A model generated the notes under the pieces. It made no database searches. It had not been told where the DNA came from and saw nothing but the letters and a program-made list of their open reading frames with translations. From positions 1 through 64,000 of the IMG/VR virus record IMGVR_UViG_3300037962_000450: DNA of 64,000 bases; one strand, written 5' to 3'. This document shows positions 37,601-47,300 of this stretch, in pieces. This DNA is from a virus (lineage: Duplodnaviria; Caudoviricetes). Within the stretch, counting starts at the first letter, position 1; the number at the start of each line of letters is the position of its first letter. Both the position numbers and the translations under genes were made by a program.

Positions 37601-40011
37601 ATTCCCACCTAAACTCTGGTGTTACAGTTGGTCAGCGCCTTGTCACCAGAACAATGGCCAAACGGACAGATTCAGCTATTCCTCCAAGAGAGAAGGTTAC
37701 TGGATTTAGCATTGACTATATAGACGAGAAAGATGAAGTTGGTTACACTGGCCAACGTCAAGATCGCCTAGTGGTTGCCGCATACGACGACACCGTAGAC
37801 CCACTTAACGCGATGACGATCATGAGGTCTGACAGTCCGGGATTGGTTGGTATTAGCGATATCGAAAACGCTGCCCATGTTATCCTCCCCGAGACTATCT
37901 TTAATATTCAGAGCACGGGTGAAACCATAGCTCGCAATACCACTTGGGGCACAACGGAGAAGACCTCTCTCCAGCTACTTGGGGCGCAGAACAATCCGCT
38001 TGACACGGAGTCGGAAGGTGTTGAACTTGAATACACCGTAACAAACAGAAGAGCCGACATGTCCCTATGGGATGATGGCGGAAGCAAGGTTGTCATTTCA
38101 CTCGACAATAACAACAAGTTTGTCGGCATTCATAAGCTTGATCCTAACGAAATGCTAACTCTAGGCAGCGGTCTTGATGGAAGCGATCCTGCCATCAGCA
38201 TGAGAGAAAGATCTGAAAAACCTAGCTCCACAGCAGATTACGGAAAGATCTACATAAAGCCAAAGAGTATCACCAACCAGACGCAATCAGCATATCTACT
38301 TGACGATGCGGGTAATGAATTTGACCTTACCCTTAACAAGTACGACATGAACGACGCGAGAGCCGTCTATACAGACGATTGGTGCAATACGCTTGCCGGT
38401 AAACTCTCCAATAAAGACAGAAGCACAATCAGCTCCTCAGAACAGTCCAATACTGGGTACGGTTGCCACGCGCTTTATGACATCAATGGCGGTGATAACA
38501 ATGTAGCTATCGGCGCTTATGCGGGAGATGAAATAACTACCGGCTCACGTAACATTACTATTGGCGACAATTCAGCAACCTCACTTAAGACGGGCAATGA
38601 CAACATTATCATTGGACGTTTGGCTGGCGAGAACTCTCCGCAGAATATGAGTAACAACATATTCATAGGAAACGATATTGGTAAGAACCTATCAAGCCCA
38701 AGCGACTATAAACTATTAATTGGGCACTCAGACAAAGTTCTCCTCAAGGGTGTCATGGGTCCGCAAGACAGTGATAAGGTTCTTGAAATTGAAAATGGTA
38801 GATTCAGAGTTTCTTCCGCTGACGACTACATCGAAGTTAGACAGCAGAACGGCATCTTTGCTTCGGAAACCGCTACTGTTCTCGACGTTGTTGACACTAA
38901 CCATGACCATGCGCAGGGTGGCATTGGCTTTAACTTTACAGGCCTAGAAAATGGTGTTATTCAAAACACACATACACTCCTGAAACTCAGAAGCCACAAA
39001 ACAAAGAGCTACAACTGTGGCCTCTGGCCGTCAGAGGATGAAAGAGATCCATATGCAGAGCTAGATGGAGACCTGTATTTAGGAGGATCTATTAACTTCT
39101 GTGACGGAACCAGCATGGCAAGTACCAGCGGCATAGTTATTATTGCCGGTACTGGAATAAGCGAGCAGCTTAATACCACCCTAAACAACATGGAGTTCCA
39201 CCTCAACATAGAAGAGTTGCAGTCTGGCATTAAATCACCACTGTTAGACCAAGCTGTTCCAAGCAACCTTAACTCATATGTTGCGGTTAGCACAAGTGGC
39301 GTTGTAGGTAAGATGAACTTACAGACACTAGGCAACTACCTACAAGAGAACACTGCATATATACAAGACTGTCACAACCACATTTTCAGCAACACAACAA
39401 ATGTAGATAAGACTGTTAATTGCAGAAACTTCTACGCTGGATACAAAGCTGGAAATCTATCCACAGGCTGGACAGACTCTAACTTCATCGGAACAGAAGC
39501 CGGAGCTGGAGCTACAATTACATACAACGAGGCAACCAACTGGTCCTCTACATTTATAGGATACAGAGCCGGATACAACGCTGCTAACGTTGACCATTCT
39601 GTATTCATAGGGTCTCAAGCTGGTCTTGACGCAGACAATGCAAGATACTCAGTATTCATTGGAGACTCTGCTGGAGACAGGTCTTACAGTAATAGGTCTG
39701 TGGGTATTGGAGACAACGCACTACAGGGAGTAACGGGTACTAATAATATTGAAATCACTGCTGGCGTTGGAGGCTCAAACAGAGTAATGTCAGATGGCTC
39801 CACCCACGATATGAAGATTGCTATCGGTAACTGTCTTGCCGGAGACATGTCCAATAGAAGAATGTCAATAGGATTCCCGAACTTAAACCCAGATGCAGTT
39901 CTTGAAGTTAGAGCTAATGGAACTGAAACCAGACTACAGGAGTGGAAAAACAACGCCGGTACAGTAGTAGCCTACGTGGACAACAATGGTAACTTTGTTA
40001 AGGTGACATAA
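34636..40011 (+). CDS. 1791-aa tail fibre / adhesin-like protein
   Basis: Gly-rich NTAFG/N.AIG repeats at both ends; NEIQKITINATGGTFTLTYSGQTTSAIAFDA..VQSALEAL domain; beta-rich composition. Confidence 0.72.
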   Translation: MILNKLKLVENITRDIVDNSTGLVSPRDVRQNMLDLADSVHLLTADHNLFSKNFGTVDTRTTRAGDKAIGKLDLPGYKSIDNTAFGYSALMDIYTGARNTAVGSHALGCALYGHDNIGIGNSAVAGAVFGSGNVGVGNFSLHRVKEGNLNIAIGHGAGYYINPNDSYKFYLGSHDVNSQSVCDNPLGSGLIPLLHGDLIRLKLGVAVSGLDDYGKLQVGGDITPSGSDQFNLGHSDRRWRHILASRSLNYPSGNDFTISRSTSAGNKDVLFLGSGGAIGVGNNTPSGNHGIITSSGSIVPLWNDNFQLGHPDLRWGAGFFKSLHVSGALDVTEYNYKEINSCIYECKTLYLASSGDPCYSGGPPCGYLTDQELEGGGLVLQSSGTDGSEQGFFRRNYEWVYRSPDPTLKCLETDSPYSRSSWNSNISIHVASGSHVRTDRVTGYDTLALINQNGCYGWFIQRDDDIIRTGDLGQNEIQKITINATGGTFTLTYSGQTTSAIAFDASSSDVQSALEALSNLEVGDIAVTGNNGGPWTVTFTGTLAKTNVAQITCNGSNLTLGGTVNESSRTFFAHRYLSQRVNSLQSVFLSHRTDYFYIRKNSSATQGAFKLRIKREDTGAIFTTEPIPFDATRVDVADAINDAVKAQGITGVTVLSSYAYDSHEGQIAGGRYDSISELLNKSRQTYRFDPTGKVMVVGEQTSYRYSWFFIVSGRPDRAAISGNKNPKISLHRDDVGAQNFHSEGMDGSQSFYYIKYAETHKTQTDLVHYAGNGQYDNDAEPSDVGLKVVWRQPITGGATKEVEFFTSDTVAIAQPKFDAVFGAGAVEISSNGAGTAHHTIGYWPEGSAADDFAQAGWFIKYKSAELLAEDITPYIIYADRKEYSRNVRSIPTRDGSTLDTSASYLPYLSVYLYRSEGEGPTIATGTCSTETMQEGMADISAITKVDNVVYLTKEDHITPNPISPEGKIGNVTDVNFIASGVDRDYHVSYSHLNSGVTVGQRLVTRTMAKRTDSAIPPREKVTGFSIDYIDEKDEVGYTGQRQDRLVVAAYDDTVDPLNAMTIMRSDSPGLVGISDIENAAHVILPETIFNIQSTGETIARNTTWGTTEKTSLQLLGAQNNPLDTESEGVELEYTVTNRRADMSLWDDGGSKVVISLDNNNKFVGIHKLDPNEMLTLGSGLDGSDPAISMRERSEKPSSTADYGKIYIKPKSITNQTQSAYLLDDAGNEFDLTLNKYDMNDARAVYTDDWCNTLAGKLSNKDRSTISSSEQSNTGYGCHALYDINGGDNNVAIGAYAGDEITTGSRNITIGDNSATSLKTGNDNIIIGRLAGENSPQNMSNNIFIGNDIGKNLSSPSDYKLLIGHSDKVLLKGVMGPQDSDKVLEIENGRFRVSSADDYIEVRQQNGIFASETATVLDVVDTNHDHAQGGIGFNFTGLENGVIQNTHTLLKLRSHKTKSYNCGLWPSEDERDPYAELDGDLYLGGSINFCDGTSMASTSGIVIIAGTGISEQLNTTLNNMEFHLNIEELQSGIKSPLLDQAVPSNLNSYVAVSTSGVVGKMNLQTLGNYLQENTAYIQDCHNHIFSNTTNVDKTVNCRNFYAGYKAGNLSTGWTDSNFIGTEAGAGATITYNEATNWSSTFIGYRAGYNAANVDHSVFIGSQAGLDADNARYSVFIGDSAGDRSYSNRSVGIGDNALQGVTGTNNIEITAGVGGSNRVMSDGSTHDMKIAIGNCLAGDMSNRRMSIGFPNLNPDAVLEVRANGTETRLQEWKNNAGTVVAYVDNNGNFVKVT

Positions 40012-40976
40012 TGGCGTTTGTCATAGCAGACAGAGTAAAGGAGACTAGTACTACTGCTGGAGCTGACACCATAACTCTGGGAGCCGGAGACTTTGGTGGC
40101 TATCAAACCTTCAACCAAGGTATTGGCGATGGCAATAATACTTACTATGCAATAGAAAACAATTTAAAGTGGGAAGTTGGAATAGGAACCTACAGCTCAA
40201 GCTTAAACACACTGTCAAGAGACACCGTTTTAGCTAGCAGCGAGGGGGGATCTAAGGTTGCACTAGATGGAGTGTCCTTAGTTCTTTCCACCTCCCCCGC
40301 AAGCAAGTCGGTACTACTAAATAAAGACGATTACATAACCAGTTTTTCACCGTCCTACTTAGGAATCCAATACCCAGATGGAACTGTACAGACTACCGCC
40401 CCTCAACCAAGCGGTTATCTTGCGGCACCACCAAACGGAAGGACACCACTAACTTTAACCCGAACCAATGCGGGTTCACTACTAGACACATATATAGACA
40501 ACAGCTACGACAGAACTGTTAGTCTGCATATAAATAACAGTCCGGTATCCAACCCCACTTGGAAGCTGGGCATGAAGGACTCACCATCCTCATATTCCGA
40601 AGCACCTAGTTACGGATATGCTTATGGAAAAAACGGTTCTGCTGGAATGCAGGCAACAACATCAACAGGCTTTGTCATACACGATGCAAACGGCTTTTGG
40701 GTTAGACATTTAAATGTTGATGCACTAAACGTTTCGTCCTCAACCACACAACCAACAGTTTCAGTAAGAAGCGCGATATTACAATCATCAAACCTGCAAG
40801 AATGGCAGGGTCATGATTCAGTATCACTACTATCTGTGAACACTAAAGGTGCCCTAGTTTTTAACAAGAAGATTTCAGATAATGACGCCCCAAATAGCTC
40901 ATTGTTTTACAGTTCAACTCAAAACAAACTTGTATTCAAGGACAGTTCTGGAGACATTAACCCACTGTACAGTTAA
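40011..40976 (+). CDS. tail fibre-type protein
   Basis: N-terminal ADRVKETSTT.G...WEVGIGTY...LSRDTVLASS anchor; GIQYPDGTVQTTA; LQEWQ motif. Confidence 0.7.
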   Translation: MAFVIADRVKETSTTAGADTITLGAGDFGGYQTFNQGIGDGNNTYYAIENNLKWEVGIGTYSSSLNTLSRDTVLASSEGGSKVALDGVSLVLSTSPASKSVLLNKDDYITSFSPSYLGIQYPDGTVQTTAPQPSGYLAAPPNGRTPLTLTRTNAGSLLDTYIDNSYDRTVSLHINNSPVSNPTWKLGMKDSPSSYSEAPSYGYAYGKNGSAGMQATTSTGFVIHDANGFWVRHLNVDALNVSSSTTQPTVSVRSAILQSSNLQEWQGHDSVSLLSVNTKGALVFNKKISDNDAPNSSLFYSSTQNKLVFKDSSGDINPLYS

Positions 40977-41064
40977 CCCCCTTATTTATTGATAAAATAT
41001 TTTACTATTTTTAGTGTATAATATCACAGGAAAGAACTATACCAGAGGCATTTAGGAGACAATA

Positions 41065-41427
41065 ATGGCAATTTTCCAATTAGAAATAGACGACGCTGAC
41101 GTAGATCGAGTATTAACAGCAGTATCTCACAACTACGGTTGGCAGAGTCTTGTACCTAATCCTGACTACGTAATGCAGGAAGTTGTAGATGAAAACGGAG
41201 ATCCAGTGTTGGATGAGAACGGTGAACCAACATACGCCGCGCCAGTAGATGAAAACGGAGATCCGCTACCAAGAGAGATTGACAACCCGGAAACCATGGG
41301 TGATTTCACACATAGAATAGTAAGACAGTTTCTAGCTGAGCATGTTAGAACTTATGAAATTCAACAGGCCAGAAGCGCTGCTATTGACGGCCTAAACACA
41401 GATGTCACCATTGGAGACCCTACTTAA
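41065..41427 (+). CDS. hypothetical virion-associated protein with DENG(D/E)P repeats
   Basis: Three DENG(D/E)P copies; late promoter at 41014; AGGAG RBS. Confidence 0.65.
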   Translation: MAIFQLEIDDADVDRVLTAVSHNYGWQSLVPNPDYVMQEVVDENGDPVLDENGEPTYAAPVDENGDPLPREIDNPETMGDFTHRIVRQFLAEHVRTYEIQQARSAAIDGLNTDVTIGDPT

Positions 41428-42410
41428 TGTTTGGGACTTTTTCATTTTCTGATAGCACTTTTGCTGAGTCTAAACTAAAAAATAGAAACAACCTAGAATA
41501 TAGTATAGATTTAGGGGTTCAGACTATAGACAAAAAAGCTGTCAACTTGTGTGCGAGTACGATCAGAGCTATGACCATAGGTACCCAACATGATAAGGAC
41601 ATGGCTATAGACGTTCAATACGACACAGTTATGAATATAGATACCCAATACGGCATAGAACTACTAGGAACACCACGCGAGGTTGGTTACTACAATGACG
41701 AGATAGCCTACCTAAACCCGTGGTACCGTTGGACATTTAACAACACACTGGATGATAGTGGATACGGAACAAGCAACACCCCTAGAAATGGAACAGGTTA
41801 TGGAACCATAGCTTACACCTCCGGTGGTGGAATTATCCCTTCCATGCCTTGGGAGTCTATCGACCTTAACCCAGACGACGAAGTAAGGATATCAGACTCT
41901 CCAAATATAAACACTGGAACTGGATACACATTTGAAAAACGCTCAATATCTGTTTGGGCAGAATTTGATTCTGTTTCTGGAACTGACGGGAATGGGCGAG
42001 TTATTTGGGAACAGGGTGGAGGAAGCAACTGGTGGTCTATTTATCTATATGATTCAAACTTATATACATGCATTGGGGAGTCGAATAAGCAGAAAGGATA
42101 TTGTTCATCGCCAGTTTCCGCTTCAACTTTATACCTAATTACTGTAACTATTGATTTATCACTAGAATCAAATCAAATGAAATTATATATTAATGGCTCC
42201 CTTGTAAGTGAAACTACTACATCGGCAGGCTCAAGCCTTTCTTCTCACAGCGGTAACATCGCGTGGGGAGGGCCAAACTCAAGTCCAAGAAATCATTTAA
42301 ACCAAAGTATTACAGCTAACGTTGACGCGAGATTAGCAGATGGGTGTTATTGGTATGAACGAGCATTGACACCTAGAGAAATTTCAAACATTTGGTCAAC
42401 AGGTAATTAA
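41427..42410 (+). CDS. LamG/concanavalin A-like lectin-fold protein
   Basis: SISVWAEF...LITVTID...MKLYINGSLV...YERALTPREI. Confidence 0.72.
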   Translation: MFGTFSFSDSTFAESKLKNRNNLEYSIDLGVQTIDKKAVNLCASTIRAMTIGTQHDKDMAIDVQYDTVMNIDTQYGIELLGTPREVGYYNDEIAYLNPWYRWTFNNTLDDSGYGTSNTPRNGTGYGTIAYTSGGGIIPSMPWESIDLNPDDEVRISDSPNINTGTGYTFEKRSISVWAEFDSVSGTDGNGRVIWEQGGGSNWWSIYLYDSNLYTCIGESNKQKGYCSSPVSASTLYLITVTIDLSLESNQMKLYINGSLVSETTTSAGSSLSSHSGNIAWGGPNSSPRNHLNQSITANVDARLADGCYWYERALTPREISNIWSTGN

Positions 42411-42496
42411 CAAAGTGGGAGTATGGCATGGTTGTCACATTTATTTTGTCTATTACAACCCAACGGGAAGTACCATTCATTTTATAGGTTTTAATA

Positions 42497-42811
42497 ATGG
42501 CCAGTGAAATACATGTAAATGACGTAGGCACTAGATTTCTAGTAACCGTAAAAGACGGAACCTCAACAGTAGATGTTTCGCCAGCAGGAGCTACAGGAGT
42601 CTTGACTTTCAAAAAGCCTGACGACACAACAATCGCCAGAACAGCATCCACCTTAACCGATGGTAGCGCTGTTTCTGGGGTTATGTACTACGATACAATA
42701 GCGGGAGATTTAAACCAAGCCGGTCTCTGGAAAATTCAGGGAAAAGTTACCATCAGTAGTGGAACATTTTACACGGACATCCAAGGCTTTAACGTTCACT
42801 GTAACCTATAA
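42497..42811 (+). CDS. BppU-like baseplate domain protein
   Basis: NDVGTRFLVTVKD...FKKPD...YDTIAGDLNQAGLWKIQGKV. Confidence 0.72.
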   Translation: MASEIHVNDVGTRFLVTVKDGTSTVDVSPAGATGVLTFKKPDDTTIARTASTLTDGSAVSGVMYYDTIAGDLNQAGLWKIQGKVTISSGTFYTDIQGFNVHCNL

Positions 42812-42822
42812 GGAGTCACAAA

Positions 42823-43332
42823 ATGTCTTGGCAAGGTCAAATATCCACAATGGTAAGATATTTAGTAGACGACATAGACCCTACTAACTATAAATATGCA
42901 AACAAGAGAGTTGAGACCACCATCTTAGTGGCCGCTCAATTCGTCACACTACAAACAGATTTTAATAACACCTATACGATTAATGTAGAGCAATGCACTC
43001 TATCGCCAGATCCAACCGACAGCGATACAAAAGATAATGCCTTTATAAACCTAACTGCTTTAAAGGCTGCTTGTATTATGCTTGGTAGTGAGGTAAGGAG
43101 TGAATCGGGGAACGCCATTTCAATTAAGGACGGCCCCTCAGCTATTGACCTCAGAGGCGTTGCCTCTACATTAGTCACCTTATACCAAGACTTGTGTAAA
43201 AAGTACGATCAAATGTTACTAGATTACCGCGCCGGTAGCAGCGTGGCTGGACAGGCTATTCTCGGCCCATACAGTCCCGGTTCTGATTTAGTGTCTCGCG
43301 GGAACTTGGGTCACAGAGACGGATATTTATAA
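42823..43332 (+). CDS. head-tail adaptor-like protein
   Basis: VRYLVDDIDP.NYKY...SISIKDGPSAID-type pattern; helical; 169 aa. Confidence 0.55.
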   Translation: MSWQGQISTMVRYLVDDIDPTNYKYANKRVETTILVAAQFVTLQTDFNNTYTINVEQCTLSPDPTDSDTKDNAFINLTALKAACIMLGSEVRSESGNAISIKDGPSAIDLRGVASTLVTLYQDLCKKYDQMLLDYRAGSSVAGQAILGPYSPGSDLVSRGNLGHRDGYL

Positions 43333-43351
43333 GATTTAAAGGAGCAGACAA

Positions 43352-44329
43352 ATGGCTATCAGAGATAAAGATACTATCAAAAACAGTATCATTGCTGACA
43401 TACCAGATAACAACGCTGGTTTAATTTCAGCTCAAGATATTAGAGATAATATGGTTGACACCGTTGATTCCATTAACACTATAGTTGCTAGTGGGGATGT
43501 GGACTCGACATATCCGTTTAGCGGAAGTAACGTCAGAGCTAAAAAGAATGATGCTGGACAGTTTGGTGTTTTCATCCCAGAGTCAGGAGTTCAGTTCCAA
43601 GACGGGAAGACCCAAATATACGCATATGAGGGGCCTGAAGGAATTGACCATACAAAGCTGGCCAATTTAACAGCAGATTCCCACCCGCAATATTTAAACG
43701 TAACTGGAGTTGCCGCCGCATCATATATGCAGGGTGGACTACCTCTAGATACCCACTGGATTGGTGTTTCTGGATACGACGACAGAGGCATCAGATTCAA
43801 AAAAATTAACGAAGTAAGGGATGATGTACATGTTGGAACTTCCGGTAATGTGCTATTCACGACTGACGGTTCTAGAGCAGATACCTTCAAGGGTGCTGCA
43901 AAAGCTTGGATCGTATTTAAGGGTAGTGGAACAGTTGGAGAAACCGCCGGAGCCGCAACTCCGGGATACCAGACTCCGGTAGTCTACTCATCGTATAACG
44001 TCTCTGGAATTAACTACATAGCGAGGGGACAGTACAAGATAACGTTTGCCTCTGGTACATTCCAAAACAATTATTACGCCGCAGTAGGAAACAGCAACGC
44101 GATTGCTTCTTCCACGGCCTACGCCTCACACGCTGCGACGGATTTTGATGTAAACACTGTAGGTATTGTTTCCAGAATCGGGGACGACGCTTCCTCGTTA
44201 AGAAGCTGTACGTTTTACGTTAAGAGTGATGACAACGAATACGTTGATGCGGCACTTAACGATCTCGTAATTTATGGACTAGGATCAGGAACGACACCAG
44301 ACTCAACACCTACCATTAATCCATCTTAG
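43352..44329 (+). CDS. tail-associated structural protein
   Basis: N-terminus paralogous to 34636 (DN..GL.S..D.R.NM.D..DS); AKAWIVF...SYNVSGI....GQYKITF C-terminal domain. Confidence 0.62.
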   Translation: MAIRDKDTIKNSIIADIPDNNAGLISAQDIRDNMVDTVDSINTIVASGDVDSTYPFSGSNVRAKKNDAGQFGVFIPESGVQFQDGKTQIYAYEGPEGIDHTKLANLTADSHPQYLNVTGVAAASYMQGGLPLDTHWIGVSGYDDRGIRFKKINEVRDDVHVGTSGNVLFTTDGSRADTFKGAAKAWIVFKGSGTVGETAGAATPGYQTPVVYSSYNVSGINYIARGQYKITFASGTFQNNYYAAVGNSNAIASSTAYASHAATDFDVNTVGIVSRIGDDASSLRSCTFYVKSDDNEYVDAALNDLVIYGLGSGTTPDSTPTINPS

Positions 44330-44347
44330 TTTATAAGGGATAGATAA

Positions 44348-47300
44348 ATGCCTTCAAAAATAGTAGTCCTATCAGATAGGATAAAAGAGCTAAGCCAAAC
44401 TACAGGCACCACTAATATGCACTTAGAAGGTGCAGCTAATGGCTTTAGCGCCTTTAGGGACTTCTATAGTCATGGCGACTTGGTGTATTACGCTGTAACT
44501 GACGGAACCTACTACGAGGTAGGCTCTGGTGAAGTACAGTTATCACCCACAGTTTCCAATGACCAGATATCCCGCTTCCCCTTTAGAGCTAAAGGTCCGG
44601 GAGTTACGGTCCAGACAGATAAAGTTTCTTGGCCCATAGGCGTCAAAGAAGTCTATGTAACCTACCCAGCCCCGAAATCTGTTTATACAGCATTTGGTTT
44701 ATCCCCTGATTACAATATGCCCGCAGAAAGCGGTTTCGCCTTCTGGTCCTCATCTAATATCCTTAACTATGATTCTAATATCTTATGGGACTCGGGCAAT
44801 GCCCGCATGGGCATAAGCACAATTTCGCCTGACCACGCAATTCATGTGGGTGGTAACACGGCGTATTCTATAGTAAAGGCTTCTGGTTTTGTTGCCAGCG
44901 AGTCAGGACTCTTCTTTCCTGAAGGCAATGGTGGAACGGCGTCTTACAGTGGTGGTCGCCAACTAGAACACTTTGTCAGAAACAAGCTTGATGACACAGC
45001 CTTGAGCGAAGGTAAAATTGGAGCTTCAACAGGATCTTCCGCAGTCATACAACTTAGCGGTGTAGTAGATCAATATATACTACTTAAGCAGCAATCTAAA
45101 GGAGCCTTTCTTTCTGGCCCACCTAACGGTTGTGGTGTCGATTGCTCCCCGGATTACCCAACCTTTAGAGCTATTACTGTAGAAGATATCCCAAGTTTAT
45201 CTAGCCTTTACCTAGACAGAATAGGCACACCCGCTTCCGGGAATGTAGCATTCTGGAAACAAGACGATCCGACTCAAGACCCAAGGGTTGGTTACGACTC
45301 AAATCTATTCTTTGACGATACAAACAACAGACTTGGAGTAAATACAGGTACTCCTGCCTACAGACTGCATGTAGATGGAAACGCCGGGATTACTAGCGAT
45401 GTGTCCATAGGTGGTAATATTGTCGTCAGTGGAAACCTAGACATTAAAGGCGACACAACATATGTCAACAGTACGGTTGTAACCATTGCTGACAAGGTTA
45501 TTGAATTAGCATCAATGAGCGGTAATGCTATCGCTACAGACGCCCAGCTCGAAGCTGCTGGAGGGGCCGGAATATCTGTCCAGTCAAGCGATTCAGACAA
45601 GTCAATCCTCTGGAGATCCAACTGTGACGCTTGGCAATTCAAGAGTAACACTGGCGGAGGAATTTACTACAACGCTATTGATGTCAGTGGCGTTGTTTTT
45701 GGTGGCGACTGCACAAACGTAATTAGCGGCTCATATCAAGCCGGTAGCGGACTCTCCTTACACAGTGGGAGAGAGTTTAATATTGGCAACATGTTCAGCA
45801 TAGGAACAAACCCTTCCCAGAGTGTACATCAAGCTGATACAATTTGGGTAAGCGGAGTTTCTGGCGTTGCAACAACAATAAATAAGGTTGGCGCTAACCA
45901 TGTGGTATGGGTAGATCCCACAGAACTATCTGGAATACTTAGCGGAGGATCAGCCTCCAGTCTGCTGGACGTTTCCGGTATTCTAGATAACTACATCGAC
46001 AAAGTTTCTGGAGAGTATACACAGGCCTCTGGTGCATTAAACAATCAATTTGTTTCAGGTTCCGGCGCACTGAATAATCAATTTGTTTCAGGTTCCGGCG
46101 CATTGAACAACCAGTTTGTTTCAGGTTCTGGAGCGCTGAATAATCAATTTGTTTCAGGTTCTGGAGCGCTAGACAATTATATTGACTTCGTTTCCGGCGA
46201 ACTGAATACTATATCAGGTGTTCTAGATAATTATATTGATAAAGTATCGGGTGAATACGCATCAGCTTCTGGAGCGCTTAATAATAAAATTGATGCCAGC
46301 ATAGGAACTGTGTCTGTAGGTGAACTCGGTACAACCACACACCACGCAGGAGTGTCGGGGCTTTGGTTCACTAATGGCAAAGTCGATATGGTAGACTCAA
46401 ACAGGATGGCAAAAATTACCATAGACGCAGATGCCGCTGGAGCCTTAGACGACCTAAGTGACGTTACTATAACAAGCGCCGCAGACAAACACATCCTGCA
46501 ATACAGCTCCACTTCATCCAAATTCGTGAATGTCCTCTCCCCTTCCGGTGCTCTAAACAATGATATAGAGACTGTTTCTGGGGCCTTGGTTAACTTTGTG
46601 AATACTGAGCACGCATCAGGCGTGAGTATGTCTGGGGTTAACTGGGGAGTTGCCGCATTCGCTTCGGGCCAAGTACTATCAGTATCTGGTTCACTGCAAA
46701 ACAGTATAAACACAAACGCTACTGACATTACAACAGCGTCTGGAGCATTGGCGGGGCTTATAAATACAGAACACGCTTCAGGCGTTTCCATGTCTGGAGC
46801 CTTAGATAATTACATAGACTTTGTTTCTGGAGAACTTAATTCCGCATCTGGCTCCCTCAGCAATGCCATCTCAGCATCCTTCCAAATCAAGGTTAGTGAA
46901 TTTGATGGTAGCGTAGCTCCTGATGGAGACTCATCACTAGAGTCAGTCTCTGGACTTTACTTTACTAACGGGGCTGTAACCAAAAAAGATTCTGGAAAGA
47001 TAGCGGAGATAAACCTATCTGCCGGAGCTGCCGGAGACCTAAATGGTCTAACAGACACAAACATAACATCTGTTGCAGACAAACAAATCCTTAGATATGA
47101 CTCTGGCACATCCAAATGGATAAACGACACCTCTCCATCTGGAAGCTTGAAAAATGCTATTGATGTAAATGCCACAGATATCGACACCGCTTCTGGAGCC
47201 TTGGTTGATCTAATAAACACTGAGCACGCTTCAGGTGTTTCTATGTCTGGCGTTAACTGGGGCGTGGCAGCTTTTGCTTCTGGCCAAGTTCTGTCAGCAT

